32,000 nucleotides of DNA from an uncultured Chloroflexia bacterium. Lineage in GTDB: Bacteria; Chloroflexota; Anaerolineae; Anaerolineales; Anaerolineaceae. Shown in pieces: positions 1 to 8,757 of this stretch (within the stretch, counting starts at the first letter, position 1; each line of letters begins with the position of its first letter). The notes under the pieces were generated by a model. That model did not search any database. It was not told the origin of the DNA and saw only the letters and a program-made list of their open reading frames with translations. The DNA lies in NCBI GenBank assembly GCA_963704755.1, contig OY969938.1:1-32000 (forward strand), in the 5' to 3' direction. A program made the translations under genes and the position numbers.

Positions 1-187
1 GCGGTAACAAATACACAAAGCCCCACCTTCGTGGGGCTCCTTTCGTAGCCCGGCGCAAATAGTCCCCCCTTGTCCCCTCTTGCGGAGGCTGTAAAAAACT
101 TCCGGGTGCAAGGGTGCTGCCATGGATTACCTGGTTTTCAAGAATTTGTCGCGTATCCGTAATTCTACACAGCCTCCGAGTGGGGAA

Positions 188-340
188 TACCGTTACTTGC
201 ACCCTCATCCCGAGGTAGTATCGTTTCTTACCCCCCTTCCCAAAGCGGGATCGTTTCTTGCCCCTTTCCCAAAGCGGGATCGTTTCTTGCCCCCTTCCCA
301 AAGCGGGATCGTTTCTTGCCCCCCTTTCCAAAGGGGGGTA
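188..340. repeat. Tandem array of a 29-30 nt C-rich unit with no spacers (3 near-identical copies plus diverged leading and terminal copies)
   Basis: Units ATCGTTTCTT(A/G)CCCC..TTCCCAAAGCGGG read at 220-249, 250-278 and 279-307. A degenerate copy lies at 308-338 and a diverged copy at about 188-219. Unit length is not a multiple of 3. Confidence 0.85.
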
Positions 341-505
341 GGGGGGATTCTTGAATTAGCCTGGAGACCAGCAGATCGGGTTACCTGGTTTATTCTTTGA
401 CTTCAGTACACTCACAGGTATCGAACATTCAGGGGCCGATCCGTTCGGGTTGAGCTGTAGAAGAGGAAGATTCTCAGTCCTCTTTAGCGCCGGGTTTGAA
501 AATAA

Positions 506-514
506 TGGTAGAAT
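506..514 (+). promoter_or_regulatory. Candidate extended -10 promoter (TGgTAGAAT)
   Basis: TG at 506-507 and TAGAAT at 509-514 in an AT-rich stretch. No good -35 element. Motif only. Confidence 0.25.
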
Positions 515-520
515 TTTTAT

Positions 521-668
521 TTGTACAAATAATTAATGTAACTACTCAGGCTCATCCTTGTAAGCCGAACGGTTACTTATTAATTACACCTGCATTTACC
601 TTTGCCGGTGACGAACACGGGAAAAGAGGTGTGCGTAGGAGCGTATACCTCCAACCACACCTTTTTTA
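521..668 (+). ncRNA. Candidate ~150 nt structured transcript or leader upstream of tkt (unknown family)
   Basis: Lies between the candidate -10 (509-514) and a strong intrinsic terminator (628-668). Contains an imperfect AT-rich stem, TAATTAATGTAAC / GTTAC(TTA)TTAATTA. The only ORF here (496..687) has an implausible protein sequence. Confidence 0.2.
628..668 (+). terminator. Rho-independent terminator
   Basis: GGTGTG (628-633) pairs with CACACC (656-661). An inner GGAG/CTCC stem is present. Followed by TTTTTTATTGTTTTTT. Confidence 0.5.
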
Positions 669-831
669 TTGTTTTTTCTCTTATTAGTGGCAAATCCCTG
701 GTTCGGAATGTTCTGCACAGCAGAGGGTATAGATCTTATCCGTAGGGGCTTACCGGAAAGCAGGTGAATAATGAAAAGAAGAGCCTGGAAATGGCTTTTA
801 AATTTCTAATTTTCCTGGAAGGAAAATCATT

Positions 832-2856
832 ATGGCAATAAACGAAGAGTTAACTGAGAAATGCATCAATACAATTCGCTTTTTATCCGCCGATGCGGTT
901 CAAAAAGCAAATTCCGGTCATCCTGGCTTGCCGATGGGCGATGCTGCCATCGCTTTCTCACTGTGGACCCGTTACCTGCGACATAACCCCACCAACCCAA
1001 AATGGCCTAATCGGGATCGCTTCGTTTTATCCGGCGGGCACGGCTCCATGCTGCTGTATTCGCTGCTGCACCTGACCGGGTACGACCTGTCGCTGGATGA
1101 GCTGAAAAACTTTCGCCAGTGGGGCAGCCGTACCCCAGGCCACCCCGAATATGGCCTGACCCCCGGCGTCGAAACCACCACCGGGCCATTGGGCCAGGGT
1201 TTCGCCAACGGCGTCGGCATGGCCATCGCCGAAGCGCACCTGGCGGCGGAGTTTAACCGGCCTGGTTTCGATATCGTGGACCACTTTACCTACGCTATCG
1301 TCACCGATGGCGACCTGATGGAAGGCGTTTCTTCCGAAGCGGCTTCCCTGGCCGGTCACCTGCGCCTGGGTAAGATGATTTATTTCTACGACGACAACCA
1401 CATCTCGATCGACGGCTCCACTTCGCTGGCCTTCACCGAAGACCGCGGCAAACGCTTCGAAGCCTATGGCTGGCATGTCATCCGCGGAGTGCAAGGCAAC
1501 GATGTCAAGGGGATCGAAGCAGCCATCCGCAAGGCGCAGAAAGACCCGCGGCCCTCGTTGATCATCTGCGAGACCCACATCGGGTTCGGCCTGCCCACCC
1601 GCCAGGATACCGAGAAAGCTCACGGCGAGGCACCGGGCGAAGAAGAGCTGCGCGGCGCCAAGGAAAAATTGGGCTGGCCCCTCGAACCATCTTTCTACAT
1701 CCCGGACGACGTGTTGGCGTATTATCGGAAGGCCGTCTCGATGGGTAAACGGTTGGAAAAGGCCTGGAACGAAAAGTTTGCGGCATACCGCGCTGAATAC
1801 CCCCAGTTAGCCGCCGATTTCGAGCGGCGGATGAAGGGTGAACTGCCCCAGGGCTGGGACGCTGGCCTGCCCGAATTTCCGGCCGATGCCAAGGGTATGG
1901 CTACCCGGGCTTCTTCGGGCAAGGTACTCAACGCCCTGGCTAAGAAAATGCCCGAGATCATGGGCGGATCGGCTGACCTGACCCCGTCCAACAACACCAA
2001 ACTGGACGGCGGGATCGATTTCCAACCCGATACTCCCCAGGGACGGTATATGCACTTTGGTGTGCGTGAAAACGGGATGGGCTCTATCGTAAACGGGATG
2101 GCTTTACACGGCGGGCTGCGCCCATTCGGTGCCACCTTCCTGGTCTTTTCGGATTATATGCGGCCGGCTATCCGCTTGAGCGCTTTGTCGCACATCCCCA
2201 GCATCTGGATCTACACCCACGACAGCATCGGACTGGGTGAAGATGGCCCGACCCACCAGCCGGTAGAACACCTGGCTGCCCTGCGGGCAATCCCGAACTT
2301 GAACGTCATTCGCCCGATGGATGCCAACGAGTCCCGCGAAGCCTGGAAGAACGCCATTGCGGCCAATCACCGCCCGACCGTGCTGGTTTTCACCCGCCAG
2401 GCTCTACCGACCCAGGACCGCACGACCCTGGCCTCTGCCGAAGGTCTGCATAAAGGCGCCTACGTCCTGGCCGACCTGGGCGGTGGCGAGCCACAGATCA
2501 TCCTGATGGCATCCGGATCAGAGGTTACGCTCATCGTCGAAGCCGGCTTTTCGCTGGTCGCCAATGGCTTCAATGTGCGCCTGGTTTCCTTCCCGAGCTG
2601 GTACCTGTTCGAGAACCAGGATCAGAGTTACCGCGACGAAGTGCTGCCGCCATCGATCAAACTACGCCTGGCGGTTGAAGCCGGTGTTACCCAGGGCTGG
2701 GACCACTACGTCGGCGATCGGGGCCGGATCATGGGCGTCAATAAGTTCGGCGCTTCGGCTCCCTACAAAAAGATCTTCGAAGAATATCATCTAACCACCC
2801 GTGATGTGGTCAACGAGGCCATGAGCATGTTGGGCCGCGACCCACAAGGAGATTAA
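832..2856 (+). CDS. tkt: Transketolase
   Basis: 674 aa ORF. N-terminal SGHPG and GHGS motifs and [16 protein letters not shown] are typical of transketolase. GGAAGGA lies upstream of the ATG. Confidence 0.97.
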   Translation: MAINEELTEKCINTIRFLSADAVQKANSGHPGLPMGDAAIAFSLWTRYLRHNPTNPKWPNRDRFVLSGGHGSMLLYSLLHLTGYDLSLDELKNFRQWGSRTPGHPEYGLTPGVETTTGPLGQGFANGVGMAIAEAHLAAEFNRPGFDIVDHFTYAIVTDGDLMEGVSSEAASLAGHLRLGKMIYFYDDNHISIDGSTSLAFTEDRGKRFEAYGWHVIRGVQGNDVKGIEAAIRKAQKDPRPSLIICETHIGFGLPTRQDTEKAHGEAPGEEELRGAKEKLGWPLEPSFYIPDDVLAYYRKAVSMGKRLEKAWNEKFAAYRAEYPQLAADFERRMKGELPQGWDAGLPEFPADAKGMATRASSGKVLNALAKKMPEIMGGSADLTPSNNTKLDGGIDFQPDTPQGRYMHFGVRENGMGSIVNGMALHGGLRPFGATFLVFSDYMRPAIRLSALSHIPSIWIYTHDSIGLGEDGPTHQPVEHLAALRAIPNLNVIRPMDANESREAWKNAIAANHRPTVLVFTRQALPTQDRTTLASAEGLHKGAYVLADLGGGEPQIILMASGSEVTLIVEAGFSLVANGFNVRLVSFPSWYLFENQDQSYRDEVLPPSIKLRLAVEAGVTQGWDHYVGDRGRIMGVNKFGASAPYKKIFEEYHLTTRDVVNEAMSMLGRDPQGD

Positions 2857-2866
2857 CAGGTGCGTT

Positions 2867-3313
2867 ATGCGTGTAGCAATTGCATGTGACCATGGGGGTT
2901 TCCCCCTGAAAGAAGACGTTATGAAGGTGGTCGCCGGAGCCGGGCACCAGGTCATCGATCTGGGTACCTTCTCGTGCGAACCGGTGGACTATCCGGATTA
3001 TTCTGAAAAAGCCGGCCTGGCCTTGCAGAAAGGTGAGGCGGACCGGGCCATTGTCCTGTGTGGGTCGGGCGTTGGGGCGAGCATCGCTGCCAACAAAATC
3101 CACGGCGTTTACGCCGGATTGTGCCACGACACTTATTCGGCTCACCAGGGTGTTGAACACGACAATATGAACATGCTCTGCCTGGGTGCACGGATCATTG
3201 GCCCCGAACTGGCCAAAGAGATCGTCGGCGCCTTTCTCGCGGCAAAATTCAGCAGCGAAGAACGCCATCACCGCCGGGTAGAAAAAGTCCATGCCATCGA
3301 AGCCAGGAATTAA
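2867..3313 (+). CDS. rpiB: Ribose-5-phosphate isomerase B
   Basis: 148 aa. MRVAIACDHGGFPLKE and GSGVGASIAANK are typical of RpiB/LacAB. Starts 10 nt after the tkt stop. Confidence 0.93.
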   Translation: MRVAIACDHGGFPLKEDVMKVVAGAGHQVIDLGTFSCEPVDYPDYSEKAGLALQKGEADRAIVLCGSGVGASIAANKIHGVYAGLCHDTYSAHQGVEHDNMNMLCLGARIIGPELAKEIVGAFLAAKFSSEERHHRRVEKVHAIEARN

Positions 3314-3336
3314 TCACAGACAAGGAGTGAGCGAAT

Positions 3337-6117
3337 ATGGATCGTTTGAAACAGTTACAGGATCTTGGCCAATCGATCTGGTACGATAACATTCAGCGTT
3401 CGTTGCTGGAAAATGGCGTACTGGCCGGTATGATTACCCGCGGTGCGATCCGTGGGATTACCTCCAACCCCTCAATTTTCCACAACGCGATTTCGAAAAC
3501 ACACGACTACGACGCCGCGCTAATGCCAATGGCCTGGGCGGGTTGGTCTTCGGACCAGATTTTTTACCAACTGGCAGTGGAAGACATTCAAAACGCGGCC
3601 GACCTGTTCCGGCCATTGTTCGAGCTAAGCCAGGGCGGGGATGGCTACGTCAGCCTGGAAGTAAACCCACTGCTGGCCAACGACACGGACCGTACCATCA
3701 GCGAAGCCAAACGGCTGTGGGACCTGGTCAACCGCCCGAACTTGATGGTCAAAATTCCGGCCACCAAAGCCGGCATCCCCGCCATTCGCAAATCGATTGC
3801 GGACGGGATCAACGTCAACGTGACCTTGATTTTCTCGCTGGATCGTTACCGCAAGGTGATGGATGCCTACATTTCCGGTTTAGAAGACCGCCTGGCGAAG
3901 GGTCTGCCGATCGGCAGTATTGCCTCGGTCGCCTCGTTCTTCGTCTCGCGCGTCGATACGAAGGTCGATAAACGCCTGGAAACCATCTTAAAAAATGAAG
4001 GCCCGGATGCGCCCAAAGCCAGGTCGTTGCTGGGTAAGGCGGCTATTGCCAACGCCCGCCTGGCTTATGGACTCTTTTTGGAGGAGTTCGAGGGTGGGCG
4101 TTTCGCAAAATTGAGTCCGCATGGCGCACGAAAGCAACGCCCCTTGTGGGCTTCGACCAGCACCAAGAACCCGGCCTACCGGGATGTACTGTATGTGGAA
4201 GACCTGATCGGGCCGGACACGGTCAACACGATGCCTCCCCAGACCCTGGAAGCCTTCGCCGATCATGGTGAATCCAAAGTGATGCTGGGGCCCGACGTCA
4301 AAGCCGATGCGGATGCCATTCGCGAGTTGGAATCGCTGGGAATTTCGATGGACGATGTGACCCGCGAGTTGGAAGAGGAAGGCGTCAAAGCCTTTTCAGA
4401 CGCATTCGAGGACCTGATCAAGGCCATCGAAGAGCGCCGTCTGGCCGCGGTAGCCGAACTAGGGCCGTATAGCCAGGTTGTGCCCCAGGAAGTTGCCCGT
4501 CTGGAAAAAGAAAACGCAGCGGAGCGGATTTTTGCAATCGACCCGAAGCTGTGGGTGGACGACCCCGCCGGGCAAGATGAAATCAAGAAACGGATGGGCT
4601 GGCTGCAGACCCCCAAGCGCAGCCGCGCGCTCGTCGATACCGCCGAAAAACTGGCGGCTTCCTGCCAGGCAGACGGGATGACCCACGCGCTGCTGTTAGG
4701 CATGGGCGGCTCATCGCTGGCTCCTGAAGTGCTCAGCCTGACCTTTGGCACCGGTAAGATTGGCGATGTTTCAGCGCTTTCGCTGAGTATATTGGACTCG
4801 ACCGACCCCACCCAGGTGCTGGCGGCCGAAGCGCTGGCGCCAATCGAGAAGACCTTATTCATCGTGTCCAGCAAGTCCGGCGGCACCAGCGAAGTGATGG
4901 CTTACCTGGATTATTTCTGGGCCAAAGCCGGCCAGGCGCTGGGTTCCAAAGCCCCTATGCACTTCGTGGCGATCACCGACCCTGGTACAAAACTTGAAAA
5001 ACTGGCCAAAGAACGCAATTTTCGGGCCATCCTGCCTGGTGATCCAGAAGTAGGCGGGCGCTACTCGGCCTTGACGGCCTTTGGCATCCTGCCGGCAGCC
5101 CTGTTGGGCATCGACTTGACCAGGCTGCTGGATAAGGCCCAGGGGATGATGTCCCAATGCCTGCCCGAAGTTCCTGCGCAGCGCAACCCCGGGCTGGTGC
5201 TGGGCGCATTGCTTGGCAAGGCCGCTCAGAATGGCCGCAATAAGGTAACCATCCTGGCCGATGCGGAATTTCGGGCTTTCGGTTCCTGGCTGGAACAGTT
5301 GCTGGCCGAATTGACCGGCAAGACCGGACGCGGAATCGTGCCGGTGGATATCGAGCCGACCATTTCGGCCGGCGAGTACAGCAAAGACCGCGTGTTTGTC
5401 TATATCCGCAAAAGCGGTAAAAAAGATGAGTTAGCCGCGAGCCTGGTCAAGGCCGGCCACCCGGTGCTGACGTTCCACCTGGATGGGCCTTACGACCTGG
5501 GCGCAGAATTTTACCGCTGGGAAATGGCCACGGCAGTGGCCAGTGCGGTGATGCGGCTGAACGGTTTCGACCAGCCGGACGTGCAGGATAGCAAAAATCG
5601 CACCGCGGCAAAAATCAGCGCTTACCAAAAGACCGGTAAACTGGACGAGGGCGAGCCGCTCTGGCAAGGCGCGGGCGGTAGGGTATACGGCGTAGATCTG
5701 GCGGGCATCCGTGAAGCCAAAACCTTGAAAGAGGTGGTCAAGGCCTGGTTGAGCGCCGCCAAGAGCGGCGACTATGTGGCCATCAACGCCTACGTTCCGC
5801 GCAATGCGGCCAACCTGGAAAAGCTGCAAAACCTACGCAAAGCCTTTTTGGTGGAAAGTGGCTGCGCCACGACGCTTGGTTTTGGCCCGCGCTTCCAACA
5901 CTCGACCGGCCAACTGCACAAAGGCGGCCCCAACATCGGGTTGTTCCTGCAAATCACTTACCAGCCGCAAAGCGACTTTGAGATTCCCACCGAGGGAATC
6001 AGCTTCGGCACGCTCGAACAGGCTCAGGCCCTGGGTGACCTGGAAGCCTTGCTTGCGAAGGATCGCCGGGCGATCCGCGTCCACCTGACCGGTGCCAGCC
6101 TGGATGATTTGATCTAA
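3337..6117 (+). CDS. Bifunctional transaldolase / glucose-6-phosphate isomerase fusion
   Basis: 926 aa. The N-terminal ~370 aa are transaldolase-like (TSNPSIF, MVKIPAT). The C-terminal ~550 aa are PGI-like (GMGGSSLAPEV, SSKSGGTSE). AAGGAG lies 8 nt upstream of the ATG. Confidence 0.93.
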   Translation: MDRLKQLQDLGQSIWYDNIQRSLLENGVLAGMITRGAIRGITSNPSIFHNAISKTHDYDAALMPMAWAGWSSDQIFYQLAVEDIQNAADLFRPLFELSQGGDGYVSLEVNPLLANDTDRTISEAKRLWDLVNRPNLMVKIPATKAGIPAIRKSIADGINVNVTLIFSLDRYRKVMDAYISGLEDRLAKGLPIGSIASVASFFVSRVDTKVDKRLETILKNEGPDAPKARSLLGKAAIANARLAYGLFLEEFEGGRFAKLSPHGARKQRPLWASTSTKNPAYRDVLYVEDLIGPDTVNTMPPQTLEAFADHGESKVMLGPDVKADADAIRELESLGISMDDVTRELEEEGVKAFSDAFEDLIKAIEERRLAAVAELGPYSQVVPQEVARLEKENAAERIFAIDPKLWVDDPAGQDEIKKRMGWLQTPKRSRALVDTAEKLAASCQADGMTHALLLGMGGSSLAPEVLSLTFGTGKIGDVSALSLSILDSTDPTQVLAAEALAPIEKTLFIVSSKSGGTSEVMAYLDYFWAKAGQALGSKAPMHFVAITDPGTKLEKLAKERNFRAILPGDPEVGGRYSALTAFGILPAALLGIDLTRLLDKAQGMMSQCLPEVPAQRNPGLVLGALLGKAAQNGRNKVTILADAEFRAFGSWLEQLLAELTGKTGRGIVPVDIEPTISAGEYSKDRVFVYIRKSGKKDELAASLVKAGHPVLTFHLDGPYDLGAEFYRWEMATAVASAVMRLNGFDQPDVQDSKNRTAAKISAYQKTGKLDEGEPLWQGAGGRVYGVDLAGIREAKTLKEVVKAWLSAAKSGDYVAINAYVPRNAANLEKLQNLRKAFLVESGCATTLGFGPRFQHSTGQLHKGGPNIGLFLQITYQPQSDFEIPTEGISFGTLEQAQALGDLEALLAKDRRAIRVHLTGASLDDLI

Positions 6118-6149
6118 CAAAGTCAGCCGTCAGGCCTTTTTATAAAAAG

Positions 6150-6190
6150 CACGAGTGCGCGTGGATTTCTCCGGCGCACTCGTGTTTCAT
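6150..6190 (+). terminator. Rho-independent terminator after the tal-pgi fusion
   Basis: CACGAGTGCGC (6150-6160) pairs with GCGCACTCGTG (6174-6184). Followed by TTTCATTT. Confidence 0.6.
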
Positions 6191-6299
6191 TTATCTTTGG
6201 AAAAATCACTCCGGTGAATGGCAAAAAATGGGGCTCCTATTTTGAACGAGAAAATCCTAGGCGTAGCTCTTGTCAGAAAGGGATGAGCCTGAAAAGTTT

Positions 6300-6353
6300 C
6301 CGAATTTGAAGCATTTGTGCGGGCGAAAGCCCGCACAAATGCTTCAAATTCGG
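6300..6353. repeat. Long perfect palindromic hairpin element H1 (25 bp stem, GAAA loop)
   Basis: CCGAATTTGAAGCATTTGTGCGGGC-GAAA-GCCCGCACAAATGCTTCAAATTCGG. Arms verified as exact reverse complements. Sits in a convergent spacer that already holds a terminator at 6150. Confidence 0.9.
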
Positions 6354-6390
6354 TCCTCAATCCATTAAGTTAGGCGATTTAGATAAGAAA

Positions 6391-7383
6391 CTACTTTTTT
6401 CGCTTGCGGGCCAGCAGGAGCAAGACAAAGAACAAAATCGCCCAGGGATGCGCACTCAGCCACAAGACGCCCTGAAAGACCTTGCGGGCGAACTGGACCC
6501 GGCGGGCGTAGTGGATCTCCTGGGGGCGTTCCTCCCAATCCAAATTGACCAGCTTTTCCAGGTAGCCCTCGCGCTGGCAACCTTCCAGGCTGAATACGAA
6601 GATATCCTTGTCCAGCCGGTGGGCAGCAAGCAGGTCCTGCTTGAATTCGGCCCAGCTCAACGGACGGGTATCCGCGACGCCTTCCAGGTCGACCCCGCCG
6701 CCGGTGCTGCCAATCCCGACCGCCTGGGCGCAGGCGCCGTAGCTGCGCAGCAAGGCCGGTCCGAAAGGCCGCTCGAAGCTGGAATAAAGCATTAACACTT
6801 CGTGGTCGACCGGCAGGTCGAGGATGCCGCTCAAGGCCTGGATCAGGTGGGAGTGGGTCAGGCGGGCGTCCTGAATGTAGGGGAGCTGGTAGCTTTCGAC
6901 TTCAAAGCCGTCCCGGCGGATGCGCCTGACCAGATCGAGATACTGGTTTTTGATTTTGGCATTCGCCCGCCGTTGGCCTGTCTTGGCCAGCAGGCTGGCC
7001 GCGCCGGCGAAAAAGCCCCGTTTGAAGTCCTGGGTGAACTGGATGTCCGGTTCGATATCCAATCCGACGCGCTGCCAGGCCAGCCCGAACTCACCGGTCC
7101 AGGCGAGGAAGTCCAGGTAGCGCTGGCTGGCGGCCGGGTAATTATCCAGGTTGAACCAGTATCCCTGGGCCATGGGCAATAACAGCCAGGCGGTCACCGG
7201 GATCCCGGCCTGGTTCAACTTCTGCACGATTTTGGCGCGTTGAGGAGAGAGGTCGCGTAAGCCCATGGCGATCCCGGCGTCCATGGATTTAAGCGCAGCC
7301 AGAACGTCCTCCTGGGAGAGCAGGTCCACCAATTCAGGCGTATCCAGCTCACAGGCAAAAATGATCGGGGTGGGTTTGGGCAT
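6391..7383 (-). CDS. Hypothetical protein with C-terminal membrane anchor
   Basis: 330 aa ORF with coding-like composition. C-terminal hydrophobic stretch WAILFFVLLLLA followed by RKRKK. Starts 24 nt after the ROK kinase stop, so likely co-transcribed. No family recognised. Confidence 0.7.
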   Translation of the reverse strand: MPKPTPIIFACELDTPELVDLLSQEDVLAALKSMDAGIAMGLRDLSPQRAKIVQKLNQAGIPVTAWLLLPMAQGYWFNLDNYPAASQRYLDFLAWTGEFGLAWQRVGLDIEPDIQFTQDFKRGFFAGAASLLAKTGQRRANAKIKNQYLDLVRRIRRDGFEVESYQLPYIQDARLTHSHLIQALSGILDLPVDHEVLMLYSSFERPFGPALLRSYGACAQAVGIGSTGGGVDLEGVADTRPLSWAEFKQDLLAAHRLDKDIFVFSLEGCQREGYLEKLVNLDWEERPQEIHYARRVQFARKVFQGVLWLSAHPWAILFFVLLLLARKRKK

Positions 7384-7407
7384 AATGGCTCCTGAATGGC
7401 GAAGGGA

Positions 7408-8307
7408 TCAGGCCTGGAAAGCTTGTTCGGCCAGGGCAATGGCTCCCAGTACACCGGCCGTATTGCCTAAGCCGGGCGGCAGAATGTATTCGTCGATGGC
7501 ATCGATGATCTGCGGGCTTTGCACGTAACGGTTCAATAATTGCTGGACCTTGGTGCGCACCATGGAGAAAAGGTGGCTTTGCTGCATCACACCCCCGCCC
7601 AGGATGATCCGTTCGGGAGAAAGCGTACAGATATAGTCGCTGAGGGCAGTAGCGATGTAATAGGATTCTAGCTCCCAGGCCGGGTGATTTTCCGGTAAAG
7701 TTTCCGCGGGCTGGTTATAGCGCGCTTTCAGCGCCGGCCCGCTGGCTAATCCTTCGAAACAATCTGAATGGAAGGGGCAGACCCCTTCGAACGAGTTGAC
7801 CTTGGGATCACGGATCAGGAAAATATGGCCCATCTCGGGATGGACCATTCCGTGGTACGGCCGGCCGTCGACGATCAGACCGCCGCCGATACCGGTGCCA
7901 ATGGTCAGGTAGATATAATTGTTTAATCCCTGGGCTGCGCCCCAGCGACCCTCGCCCAAGGCGGCCGCGTTGACGTCGGTGTCGAGGATGGCCGGAATAC
8001 CGGTCTGCTCCTGAACCCGGTGCAGGATATCTACAAAGGACCAGCCGGGTTTTGGGGTGGCAGTAATACAGCCATAATGTTCGGATTTGGGATTGAGGTC
8101 CAGCGGCCCAAAGCTGCCAATGCCAATCCCGTCCAGGTGCAAGCCGTTTTTTTGCATAATGCTCTTGAAAAAGTCGGCGATCAACGCGATTGTTTCGCCG
8201 GGACTGGTGGTTGGAAAACGGGTTTCCGCAAGGATATGTTCGGGGGAAGATCCAACTGCACACACAATTTTTGTCCCCCCTGCTTCGATTCCGCCGTAGA
8301 TGGCCAT
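7408..8307 (-). CDS. ROK family sugar kinase (fructokinase/glucokinase-like)
   Basis: 299 aa. N-terminal GGIEAGGTK ATP-binding motif and the ROK zinc motif region CPFHSDCFEG. Confidence 0.9.
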   Translation of the reverse strand: MAIYGGIEAGGTKIVCAVGSSPEHILAETRFPTTSPGETIALIADFFKSIMQKNGLHLDGIGIGSFGPLDLNPKSEHYGCITATPKPGWSFVDILHRVQEQTGIPAILDTDVNAAALGEGRWGAAQGLNNYIYLTIGTGIGGGLIVDGRPYHGMVHPEMGHIFLIRDPKVNSFEGVCPFHSDCFEGLASGPALKARYNQPAETLPENHPAWELESYYIATALSDYICTLSPERIILGGGVMQQSHLFSMVRTKVQQLLNRYVQSPQIIDAIDEYILPPGLGNTAGVLGAIALAEQAFQA

Positions 8308-8473
8308 AAACTGCTCCTGTAAAATGGATGTGGGTTGTTCACTATGGCAAAAATAAAATGCGTTTTAAACTGGTTCTGTGTCGGGTACAGCAGATACCGG
8401 ATACCCCTATATTGTAACTGGGATCATAATATCGGGCAGGTGATAAATGCCACATGTATAAACCGGTAGATAT

Positions 8474-8482
8474 TGGTATAAT
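8474..8482 (+). promoter_or_regulatory. Candidate extended -10 promoter (TGgTATAAT) about 275 nt upstream of the alpha-oxoamine synthase gene
   Basis: TG at 8474-8475 and TATAAT at 8477-8482. Weak -35. Motif only. Confidence 0.25.
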
Positions 8483-8757
8483 CACCCAAAGGAATGGGTG
8501 GGATTGTAAGGATTGTCTGGACGACTTACCCTCAGCAATTATTATCCTTGTTATTGTAACTGTTCGTGCCAGCCATCTCAAAAAAAAATCTTCAAAAAGG
8601 ATGTACGTAGGGGAGTAGATCCTTCTACCGCCATCCTGTTTTCGAATTATCACAGATATAGGCTGGTAAGTTACTATTTTCATATTTCGCGACCGGCGGA
8701 TCGCTTCCGGGGATAGGTGATGGAAGCTGGTTCCCGGCCAAAGATCGAGGGATTCAT

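Noticed and set aside
19-38. Short GC hairpin AGCCCCAC-CTTC-GTGGGGCT at the window edge as a terminator
   Set aside because: No flanking gene is visible and the U-tract on the plus strand is weak. It cannot be assigned a strand or a gene.
188-340. CRISPR array interpretation of the 29-30 nt repeats
   Set aside because: Units are directly adjacent with no spacers, and no cas genes are in the window.
122-400. 92 aa ORF across the tandem repeat
   Set aside because: It is generated by the 29-30 nt repeat. Successive units are read in different frames, and the peptide is low-complexity with no start context.
496-687. 63 aa ORF upstream of tkt
   Set aside because: Implausible composition and no RBS. 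It spans an AT-rich structured region and runs through the terminator hairpin.
1027-1623. 198 aa minus-strand ORF inside tkt. Similar antisense ORFs: 4263..4886, 8680..9234, 9436..9963, 15575..16192, 18559..19149, 26849..27502, 27754..28317, 30599..31411.
   Set aside because: These are shadow ORFs opposite strongly recognisable genes in GC-rich coding DNA. Their sequences are Arg/Gly/Pro-rich with no motifs.
8342-8683. 113 aa minus-strand ORF and the overlapping 67 aa plus-strand ORF (8513..8716) in the ROK/AOS spacer
   Set aside because: AT-rich, no RBS and non-protein-like sequences. Treated as non-coding leader or promoter DNA.
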